NCBI RefSeq assembly: GCF_000315625.1 | Contig: NW_005434644.1 | Location: 192,973 to 256,972 of the forward strand | Length of the DNA: 64,000 nt | Reading direction: 5' to 3' | Source of the DNA: Guillardia theta CCMP2712 | Lineage: Eukaryota; Protista; Cryptophyta | Part shown: in pieces, positions 53,987-64,000 of the stretch | Layout of the letters: each line of letters begins with the position of its first letter | Position numbering within the stretch: position 1 is the first letter of the stretch | The notes under the pieces: model-generated | Databases searched by the model: none | What the model saw: only the letters and a program-made list of their open reading frames with translations | What the model was told of the DNA's origin: nothing | Translations under genes and position numbers: made by a program

Positions 53987-55102
53987 GAGGAGGAGAGAGA
54001 AGAGGTAGAGACAGTGACAGTGACAGTGACAGTGACAGTGACAGTGACAGTGATCGTCGAGCAAGGTCACTTCCCACCTTGTTGTCTCCGCCATGGTTGT
54101 CTGCACTTCTCCTGTGAGGTTGACGGGTGAGAACGAAGTCAGAAGGAGGCTGTACCCTCACTTTCAACTTCCGTCCCAACATCTGAGACGCTCCATGTTT
54201 CCTCCCATTCCACCATCCCCTTGTTGGGGGAGTAGTCAGCCGAGCGAGTGGGCGAGAGAAGGGGAGAACGGGAAAGGAGAAGGCAGGCACGTTTGTAGGA
54301 AGGGAGAGGCGGGACAAGAATGTGGGTTAGAGAGGAGGGAGAGAAGGAGAGGAGGAGCTCCATCGGAATGAAGAGAAGAAGACCGGGTAAGCGATGAGGG
54401 GAAGATAAATGAACGAGCAACGAGGAGCAGAGAGCAGGGAGCAGGGAGCAGGGAGCAGGGAGCAGGGAGCAGGGAGCAGGGAGCAGACGATCAATCTTAC
54501 AACATCTCCTCCTATGTTTCTGTCGGATCTCTCATCCGAGGACATCTCTTCCGATCCCTGGAGCCCTGGCTCACTGATGAGCATCTTCCCTATGAACTCC
54601 GTTGAGCCCTCGCTGCTCAACCCCGTGCTCTCCATGTGCTGCCTCGGCGGGAAACTCTCCTCCTGCTCTTGGGAGGGAGGTTTGTGCTGCACGCTGTCCT
54701 CCGAAGTCACATCGTCATGCCCTGCCTCCTGAGGATGGGTCTCTATCATCATGCCCTGCATCTTCACTGAGGACGGCTGCAACGACTCCACCGTCATCGT
54801 CCTCGCCCTCTCCCTCGTCAGGCGGTAAAGCTCGTCATCGAACCGTTTGTGCTTGCCGCTGCCCTCGCTGCCCATGGAGAGCTGGCTCTGGACGGCACCC
54901 CTGAACGTCTCCTCCTCCTCCTCAGCAACCATGTCGTACTGCTCCAGTTTGCTGAGAGCTGCAGGAGGCTAGTCAGGAACCCAGGGGATCGCCCCCTCCT
55001 GCGACCCAACTTCCCTCCTTCACTCACCGATGGCCTTCACACGCGGCAGGCACCATCTTGACCGCAAGACGCAGAGGTACCCGCAGCAAACACACCCGAA
55101 CA
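51913..55102 (-). CDS. Hypothetical multi-exon protein (boundaries approximate)
   Basis: Coding-like minus-strand exons (LEQYDMVAEEEEETFRG.., NDLIFMQRARELLHKQ, EILSVTSRACRNK, RRLGDDEVFDGEAYG) lie between microsatellite introns. No family recognised. Confidence 0.35.
53015..53151. repeat. (CATCGT)n-(CATCAC)n compound microsatellite
   Basis: Direct reading. Confidence 0.9.
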
Positions 55103-55446
55103 TGGCAGAAGGAAACCTGCTGACCTTCCCAGCGCTTGCTCACACGCACACTGGTTGCTCGACCCGCTGCTCTTTCTTCCCTCGCAACTTCTCGTCTGCC
55201 CTGCACTCTCCTCCTCCCGATCTTCCTTCACCTCCTCCCTCTCAACTTCGCTCCTGCTCGTCTCCGTCTCTGCTCCCTCCTCTCCCTCCTCCTCTCTCCT
55301 CTCTCCTCTCTCCCTCTCTCCTCCCGCGCTCCTCTTGCTCCGTGCTATTCGCCGCCAACATGGATGGCAGACACCGAAACTGAGGCGGGCAGGGCAACAT
55401 AGCAGGACCCTAGCATGCGGGGGTCGCAAAGGACTGATCACAGGAT

Positions 55447-55464
55447 GGAGGAGCAGGAGCAGGG

Positions 55465-55502
<38 letters not shown>

Positions 55503-55532
55503 AGCAGGAGCAGGAACAGGAGCAGGAGCAGG

Positions 55533-55580
<48 letters not shown>

Positions 55581-55610
55581 AGCAGGAGCAGGAACAGGAG
55601 CAGGAGCAGG

Positions 55611-55691
<81 letters not shown>

Positions 55692-55912
55692 NNNNNNNNN
55701 NNNNNNNNNNNNNNNNNNNNNNNNNNNNNNNNNNNNNNNNNNNNNNNNNNNNNNNNNNNNNNNNNNNNNNNNNNNNNNNNNNNNNNNNNNNGAAAGAGGG
55801 AGAGGGAGCAATGAGAGTTGACACCGAGGAGGCTGAAAGTTGGTCAGCTAGGAACAGAAGAGAGAGGGAAAGAAGTGGTTTGAGGGGACGAGTAAAGGGA
55901 GGCGAGCGAGCG

Positions 55913-55968
<56 letters not shown>
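55447..55968. repeat. (GAGCAG)n microsatellite arrays around gap 55692-55791
   Basis: Direct reading. Confidence 0.9.
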
Positions 55969-55969
<1 letters not shown>

Positions 55970-56110
55970 GCTCTTCTAAGCGTGATGTGGTCTGCAGAGA
56001 TGTGACAAGGTGACGATGGGTGGCAGCCAAGGACAGGGAGGAGATGTAGTAGGATGAGCAGCAGCAAGACTCCCCTGATCCTCCTCCTCCTCCTCCTCTT
56101 CATCGCTACC

Positions 56111-57085
56111 ATGGCTCGATGCACGGCAAGCGCTGTTGAGAAACCTTGGAAGATCCTTGGCGTGTAAGTGCAGGGACACATTATCACCATGTGATGAAAC
56201 GCGTTGCAGGAGACCGAACGCTTCAAGAAAGGAGGTACATTGATTGCTCCGTCCCTTCCCCCACACTCTCCTGCTGCCCTCCTGCTTCCTCCTCTTTCCT
56301 GCCCTCTTCTTGCTTCCAGCTCCTCTTCCCTCACTTCAATCCCACTCTTCCGCCATCTCTTCGTCCTCCTCCTCTCTTGGCTTCACTTGTGCTTCCTCTG
56401 AGGGCACTCCGAGGAAGGTCAGAGCAGCGTTCCTCAAGAAGGCGCGCAAACTGCATCCAGACAAGAACCCAGGGATGGAGAGAGAGGTGGTGGAAGAGCG
56501 TAAGGAGCACGACTCGTGCTGGGAGGAGGTATGATCCTGCTCTGCCAGGCTTCAAAGACCTGTATCGAGCATACGAGGTCCTGAGAGCGAAAGCTGGCGA
56601 GGGAGGAGGAGGGAGGGAGGAGGAGGAGGACCGTTGTCCTTCGTACGACTACGACATTGACTACGGTGCATGGCTCGCAATGCTTCTCCTTCGCTCTCGC
56701 TCGGCCCCACTGACGCTGCTCCTGCTCTCTCGTACCCAGAGGCGCTGGTGGAGAAATTCTGGAAGAGCATGAAAGAGACGTCCGAGCATCGCTACGAGAC
56801 TCCCGTAATTGACAAGGTGACTAGAAGTCGACCAGGCGCCTTGTCCTGATACGGGATGAAGGTGATTGGGATCGATGAGATGGAGAAGGAGGAAGACGGG
56901 GACGGGAACGCTTGCTACGTGTACGAGTGCCATTGCACGGGAAGCTACCTGCTGTAAGGAGACAGGAAGTTGCGTCATGGTGGCCAGAGTGACGGGGTGA
57001 CAGGGCGGGTGGTCTGAGGAAGGGCGAGGCTGAAACGGTCAACTGCGATTCTTGTTCCAAGTGGATCCATGTGATGATGAAGTGA
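56111..57085 (+). CDS. DPH4: J-domain + CSL zinc-finger protein, DPH4/DNAJC24-like
   Basis: KPWKILGV..KVRAAFLKKARKLHPDKN..FKDLYRAYEVL (HPD motif) and C-terminal YECHCTGSYLL...VNCDSCSKWIHV*. Confidence 0.75.
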
Positions 57086-57357
57086 AGTACGTCCCGCGAG
57101 GAGAGGACGGAGTGAAGAGGAGATGTGAATAGGCGTGCTGGTGTACAAAGGAAGGAGTGGGAGCCAGGGAGGAGGACGAAAGGCAGGAAGAAAGGAAGGC
57201 AGGACGAAGGCAGGACGAAGGCAGGAGGGAGGCAGGAGGGAGGCAGGCAGGTAGAAGTTGAGGAAGCAACGATAGAGAAGAAAGACAAGGGAGGAAAGGA
57301 GGCGTGATGAGAAAAGTCGCACATTTCGAGCTTTTGGATTTCTCCTTCTCTTTCCTA

Positions 57358-58804
57358 TCAAACAACCGAGATCGCTACCTTCTTCTCGCAGTCCAACCCA
57401 AGGTAGCAATCTGAGATGAGATAAACTACCAGATGCATGTCCCCTGCACAAGCTAATCGTCAACTTTCCCCTCCTCCTCGTCGTCCTGTCTCCTCCCAAC
57501 CCTCCCTTGTCGACCTCTTCCTACCCTCCCTCTCCCTGCTCCTCTCCCTTCCCTCCCTCCCCTCTCTCCTCCTCCTCTGCTGTCTCACCTTTCTCTTCCG
57601 GTGCAAGGAAAGAGAGGCTCGTGCTGCAAGCGGCAAGTCAAACTTGTTTTCCCCTTATCCTCTTCCTCCTCCGCTCCTCACTCCTAATCTTGCATCCTCC
57701 CCCTGCCCCTCCCCCTCCTCCTCCTCCTTTCCCCCTCCTCCTCCTCCTTCCCCTCCCCCTCCTCCCATCTCTCCTCCCCCTTACCTCGTCATCTCCCTGC
57801 GGACGTTGATCCTCTTGAGGGCCAACAGCTCGTCCGTCTCTTCGCATCCCATCACAGCCCACCTGTGCTTCCAGCTCAGTGCGAAGAGGGAGAGAGGAGA
57901 GAGAGAGGGAGGAGGGGAAGACGACGAAGAGGAACTGAACTAGGACGAGGATGAGGACAAGGACTAATCGCCTGCTGCTGCTGCTGCTGCTGTTGTTTCT
58001 CTACTCACCATCCTTCGTCGCGAGGTTTGGGGTACTTTGGAGCGAACGCCCGCACTCCCCTCTTCCTTCGATTCCTCTGCGTTACCCTGACACGGGCGAC
58101 CCCCTCCTGCCCTGCTTGCAGCGACACGAAACTCTCCCCCTCCTCCCCCTCCTCCTTCTCGTTCTCCTTCTCCTCTGTGATCGAAACGTCCACAGAAAGC
58201 AACGGTAGTTGATCAAGAACCTGGTAGACAGTCACGAATCGCTTCCTCCTCCCATCCCTCCTGCCCACTCCCTTCCCTCCCCTTCTTGGGCTACTCTCTC
58301 CCTCCTTGCCCAGCCCCTTCCCATCCCCTCCTTGCGTCAGAACTTTCACTCCTCTTCTCCCCCCTCCAGACTCCTCCCCTCCCTCCTCCTCTCCTCCTCC
58401 TTCACTCTCTTGAGCTCCACCTGCAGGACAGATCCAGCATGCAGCGAGTCCAGGCCGCAGTTGCGAAGCATCCTCATGATTTCTTGCGCTGACCCGCACG
58501 CGTGAAGGGAGTGGAGATCTCGGCATCCTCGCTGGAGGGTTGTAAGTCAACCAACTGGGATAAGAGTAGGGGAGGGAGTGGGCGAGGAAGTGAACAAAGA
58601 GAAGGAAGCTTGAAGGAAAAGAGGAACAAGAAAGGGACAAGAGTCTAGGACTGAAGGATAGAGCTCAGAGAAAGTGAGGACGCAAGGACGAGAGGACAGG
58701 AGGAGGAGGGAACGAGGTTGCTCAGGAGGAGGAGGCTGAGAAAGTGCAGAAGCAGGTGAAGGGGCAGGGGCAGGGGCAGGGGCAGGGGCAAGGGCAAGGG
58801 CAGA

Positions 58805-58837
<33 letters not shown>

Positions 58838-59024
58838 TGGAGCTGGAGCTGGACCTGTTCGAGTTGCCTGCCGACTCTCTCGTTGACGTGGGGCAGCATG
58901 AGGAGGGGAGAAGCATCGGCCCACATGCACTGCGTGATGCTCTGAGAAAGCCGCATGACGTGCAGAGCTTGAGAGAGATATCCTGCAAGACGTGAGCAGG
59001 AGCAGGAGCAGGAGCAGGAGCAGA

Positions 59025-59057
<33 letters not shown>

Positions 59058-60825
59058 CAGCAGCAGCAGCAGGAACAGGGGAGCAGGAGCAGGAGAAGCA
59101 GGAGCAGGAGAAGCAGGAGATAGGAGCTGGATGGGACGAGAGCCGAGGTACCGCTGTCAGCAGCGATGTCAACGAGAGATTGAAGGACGCGAGGAACTTG
59201 ATCGAGTAGCGAGCGAAGGTCTGTGTTGTAGTCGGCGATGGGGAGAGGAACGCGCCCAATGTGTGCCTGCAGTGACCTGAGACGAAAAACTCCACCCTCC
59301 CCTCCTCCTTGCTCTCCTCCCCTCCCCTCCCCTCCCCTCCCCTCCCCTCCCTTCCCCTCCCCTCCTCTCCTCTCCTTTCCCCTCCCCTCTCCTCTCTTCT
59401 CCTCTCTTCTCCTCTCTTCTCCTCTCCTCTCCTCTCCTCTCCTTTCCTCTCCTCTCCTTTTCTTGTCTTTACCTGAATCAGCAAGTTTGCTTTGGTGTGC
59501 GGACTTTCCATTGATCCGCCCATTCCCCCATATTTCACCTGAACAAAGCAAAGGTGAGCTGAAGAAAAAGAAATACGACTACACCTACATCTACATCTAC
59601 ATCTACATCTACATCTACATCTACATCTACATCTACATCTACATCTACATCTACAACTGAAGTTCAAATTCAAGTACAAGTACAGGCGCGAGTTCGAGTA
59701 CAACAACGGATCACGTCCAACCATCGCACCTGCTTCGAGAACTCGTCGTTGAGATTGTCCTCGTTGTGGCGAACTGGAAGCTCTGCAAACTCCTTTGCCT
59801 TGGTGAGGATGCTGATGACTTGGGCCTCGCTTGTCAGATCCTCCACCTTGGAGGAGAAGAAGTGAACGGTAGAGTAGTCGAGGTAGTAGAAGGCTGAGAT
59901 GCGCCCTAGGGTGGTAGGAGCGAAATTATCCCCGTCCACCTCCAGGCACTCCGCGTCCTCGAGGTCCTCGATGGTTCTCTCGACCAGGGACGCGAGGTAA
60001 GAAGAGATTCCGTCCTGCCGATGAGATGAGAGAGGAGGGAGAGGGGAGGGGAGGAGGAGAGGAGAGGAGAGGAGAGGAGAGGAGGAGAGGAGAGGAGAAG
60101 GGAGAGGAGAAGGGAGAGGAGAACAGGAGAGGAGAGGAGAGGGGGGGAGTGGAGAAGGGAAAGCAAGGCAAGCACAATAGGGTCCCACTTAGAAGACGAC
60201 TGAGGACTGGAGAACAGAAGGAACGAGCAGGGGAAGGAAGACGAAGGAGGAAGGAGGAAGGAGGAGACAACGAGGGAACAGAAAGGATCGGAGACGGAGA
60301 GGTGCGCATACCTTGGAGGTATCTTCAAGGTGGTAGTAGGAAGGGTTGCACAGGAGCCTTCGGAAGAAATAGGTCCAAGTGAGGTAGTCAATCGCATGCA
60401 TCTTGCACTTGATAGTTCCGTTGACGATCTCGGCGTTGAGATGGTTGTGGAGGACGTCGGAGAGGGCGGACTCGACGGGAAAGGGCTCGTACAGAAATCT
60501 CTTCCAGAAGCTCTTCTTCGGAGCATGCACCATCACCACCGCTATCCCCACCGTGTCGAACTGCGGCCTTCCTGCCCTCCCCATCATCTGAAGGACGTCG
60601 GTGATGGGAAAGTCGACGTAGCGCTTGGAAGGAGCGTCGTAGAACTCCGTGCCCTTGACGACGACCAGATGTGCAGGGAGGTTGACGCCCCATGCTAGGG
60701 TGGAGGTGGAGCAGAGGACCTGGATCTTCGACTGGAGGGTGGAGGAGAGTGAAGGGAAGAGGACAGGAGGAGAGGGAAGAGGAGAGGGAAGAGGAAAGAG
60801 AGAGAGGAGAGGAGAGCGAGAGGAG

Positions 60826-60868
<43 letters not shown>

Positions 60869-63800
60869 AGGAAAACATTCTGATCAACGCCACACATCAA
60901 CGGACAACATCTACCTGCTCAAACAGATTCTCCACCAGCGACCTGTCAGACTCGCACAGTCCGGCATGATGCAGCCCGATGCCGAAGGACAGGGTGTGCC
61001 TCAAGTTGGGATCCTTCACAAGGTTTACAGCATGCGCCAACTCCATCTCGTCCATATGGACGAACTGCCGGGGGTTTTCTGTCTGAGCAGCGAGCTGCAG
61101 GTATGGCGTCAGGGAAGGAGAACGGGGAGGATGGGAGGGAGGTGCTGGTAGGGATGGAACGGTTGAGAAGGAGGAGGGAAGCCAGGAAGAGACAGAGAGC
61201 AGAGGGGGAAAGAGGAAGTAAAGCAGAGGGGTGAGAGAAGGGAGGACGATAGGGGATGAAGGGGAAAGGTGGGCCAGGGGGGAAGGAGGGGAGGAGAGGG
61301 GAGGGACATAGAAGGAGGGAGGGTTGGAGGAACAAGGAGGTTGGGGATGCGGGACCTGAATGAGATCGAGAGCTGTCAGGCGAGTCTGTCGGCGGGAGGA
61401 GACGAAGACAATGACGGGCTGGTGCTGCGAGTAATCTTGGATGGCAGCGAACGTCGGCTTGTTCATGGTCGCCATGCGCGGGCAGTAGTGCTTTCCCTCG
61501 TAGCCCTGGATGTGAACCTGCATCGGCACAGGGCGGACGGAGGGATGGAAGTTGAAGATGCCGTCCTCCTTGGCCCCCAGCCAGTCCGCCACGTCCTGCG
61601 CGTTGGCGATGGCCGTGGACATGCCGACGAAGCGGATGGGGGAGGAGGTCTGAGCGGAGATATACCGCATGCGGGAGACTATCACCTCCAGCACGGGCCC
61701 GCGGTCCTCCCCCAGCAGGTGGATCTCGTCGATCACCACCAGCCCCACACTCTGCACGTACTTTCTCGTCTGCCACCCGCGCGTCACCCCGTCCCACTTC
61801 TCCGGCGTCGTCACGATGACGTCGGCATGCTCCACCGCCCCCAGGTCCGCCGCTGAGTCTCCCGTCAGCTCCACCACCTGCTTGCCCAGCTGCTTGACCA
61901 GCCTGACGCCCCAGTCCTTCATCCTCTCTCGCACCAGCGCCTTGAGAGGAGCCACGTACACCATCTTCGCCTTGGGCCGCGTGCGGAACAGGCGGAGCAT
62001 GCAGAGCTCGGCGCAGTTGGTCTTGCCGCTCCCGGTCGGGGCTCCGAGAAGGATGTTCACGTCGGTATGATAGAAGGAGTGGAAGACTTGCGTCTGGATG
62101 GCGTTGAAGTGCGTGAACTTGTACAGCGACTCGAACTGCTCGTTCTGCAGCACTTCCTTGGGGAGCGGGCAGAGCTTGAGGAGGGAAGTGTGAGCTGGGT
62201 ACTTGTCGGGGAGGGTCAGATCCTTGAGCGCTACCACCTCGACGTACTCCGCTCCCAGCCAGCGGTCGGAGATGACGCGGATCACGTACTGGGGCTGGAC
62301 AGGCTCGAAGATGGGGACGGTGAAGGCAAGCGTGTGGGTCTCGTCCTTCTGCTTCTTGTGGAGCAGGAAGTACTCGGAGTGATAGATCTTCTCGTTCTCA
62401 TTGTCCTCCACTATGATCCACCAGGGCTCCACCGTCCCGTGCACCCTGTCGCTCCACTCGAACTCTGCCCTGATCTTCATCATCACTCGCAGGATCGTCC
62501 GCGTGATGGGCTGGACGGAGACGGACAGGTCGAGGTAGGGGAACTGCTGCACGAACTTCATGATGATCTTTCCCGACCCGTTCTGCCTGATGATGTTGCT
62601 GATCTCAGTCGGGCTCATGTCCACCAGCCTCTCGAGTGTCAGCTTCTTCTCTTCCAGCCTGTACAGCCACTCGGCGGGGATGACGTGGCCGAACTGCCTT
62701 AGGGGATGCTGGAAATCCCAGATCCTCCTCTCCACCACCTTGCAGAGGGTCAGCAGGCGCCCAGCAAGGGTCACCCACCCCTTCTTGAGCGAGAGCTCAA
62801 ACAGCGCGCGGAAAATCCTCCCGGCGCTCTGCACCACGTGGTTCTGGTCGGCAACGAGGGCAAACCCGTCGATCTCGGCCTTGGAGATGTAGGACTGGAG
62901 GAGGATGTTGACCTTGGCTGGAGGGTCGATGAGGATGCCCTCCCCTTCCACGAACTGCGTGTTGACCTTGATGGGACAGTCAACGAGGAGCTGGACAAGC
63001 TCCTGGTTCTCCTCGTCGCGCGCCTGGACGTTCTCGAACTCGGAGGAGCGGGAGAGGACGTCGAAGCAGTCGGCCTCCGTCATGGACGGGGAGACCAGCT
63101 CGTTGTAGAGCTCGAGCGACGCGAACTTGACGTAGAAGTGAGAGGCGACGATGCCGACGTCTGTCGTGTTGATGTTCTCCGTGTCAAAGTTGAACCTTGA
63201 CATCTTGGCCTGACAGAGCTCCTTGATGCTCATCATAATGAGCTCCCTGCAGCGCCGGTACAGCTGGGGGTCCTGCTGGATCTCCGAGAATTGGATGCCG
63301 TAGTTGGTCGGGTTCCTTAGCATGCGGACGTAGCAGTAGGTGTAGGACAGCCAGGCGACCGCCTCTCGGATGTTCCTGACCGTGCCCAGCACGATCTCAG
63401 CGTTGAGGTGATCGGTAAGGGAGCTCAGGAACTGCGACTCGATCGGGAGCGCGTTGTGCATCAGCTGGAGGTAGTGGTTGACCTGGTCGTGGGTGGTAAC
63501 GATGATCCCCTCGCCGCTCGTGTCAAACTGCGGCCTCCCTGCCCTACCGAAGATCTGCATCACGTCCAGGATCCCGAGCTCGACGAACTTTCCCTTCTTC
63601 GCGTCGTAGAGCTGCGTCCCCTTGATAATGACGGTGTGGGCAGGCAGGTTGACCCCCCAGGCAAGGGTCGCCGTGCAGCAAAGGACCTTGACGACGCCTT
63701 CGGAGAACATCTTCTCGACGATGTTGCGGTCCGACCTTAGGATCCCCGCGTGGTGGACGGAGAAGCCGTTGGCAAACAGCTCGCGGATTTCCTTGTTCCT

Positions 63801-64000
63801 CGACTTCATCACCGTCTTGTTCCAGAACTCATACCTCGGATGCTCCCGCATGTCAAAGACCCCGAGAGTTCCTTCCTGCTGCGCCATCTCCACCAGAGTC
63901 CGAGCTGTCTTCAGCGTATCCTTGCGAGAGTGGACGAAGACCATGACCTGGTACCCAGCCTTGATCCGCTCGAGCGCCTTCTTGTAAGTCACCTCCAGCA
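57358..64000 (-). CDS. ASCC3: ASCC3/Slh1 Ski2-like tandem helicase; 5' end beyond window
   Basis: HHAG, TATLAWGVNLPAH and GRAGRPQFD each occur twice. Second cassette has GAPTGSGKT, DEIH and HYCPRMATMNKP (ASCC3-type rather than Brr2). Sec63 motifs LPVRHNED and terminal YLISDCYLGLD..*, stop at 57358. Confidence 0.93.
59584..59655. repeat. (CTACAT)n intronic microsatellite in ASCC3
   Basis: Direct reading. Confidence 0.9.

Noticed and set aside
55155-56005. SR-rich, EQ-repeat, poly-His or poly-Pro 'proteins' in the ORF track (also about 6.8-7.6 kb, 9.1-10 kb, 52.5-53.4 kb)
   Set aside because: These are translations of microsatellites that are open in several frames, mostly inside introns or next to gaps.
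57358-64000. Brr2/SNRNP200 assignment, and a functional cluster with AAR2, DPH4 and eL42
   Set aside because: HYCPRMA and the intact second-cassette motifs favour ASCC3. Co-location of housekeeping genes is expected by chance in a gene-dense genome.

Overview
Gene-dense eukaryotic nuclear DNA with short GT-AG introns, many microsatellite-filled introns and three 100-N gaps. It is most consistent with a cryptophyte alga (Guillardia/Hanusia-like). This is an inference from a plastid-targeted L9 with a signal peptide ending in AAF-AP, EsV-1-7 repeats, a Zn2Cys6 factor and 40-60 nt introns. Recognisable genes, in order: a tandem Zn2Cys6 transcription factor (runs off the left edge, not in the ORF track), an ankyrin-repeat protein, an AAAP amino-acid transporter, an EsV-1-7-repeat protein, plastid L9, a coiled-coil protein, a Crinkler/RHS-type NTPase+REase protein, a TPR protein, a Cys-rich protein, an OSCA/TMEM63-like channel, AAR2, eL42 (RPL36A/L44), an FSH1/OVCA2 hydrolase, an SLC35/DMT transporter, a TBC1D7-like+START-like fusion, an EGF+GT23 fucosyltransferase, a DPH4-like J protein and the ASCC3 helicase (runs off the right edge). 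The most unusual part is an accessory block of about 6.7 kb (21.7-28.4 kb). It is bounded by a 28-bp direct repeat and carries the Crinkler-type gene plus an intron-retaining copy of the 5' end of the neighbouring channel gene. Recurrent non-coding signatures (AACGG/GTAAC clusters, TACCC-rich tracts, GC-rich GACTC islands) mostly mark regions upstream of genes. All exon boundaries were read by eye and are approximate. Family assignments come from motif recognition, not database searches.
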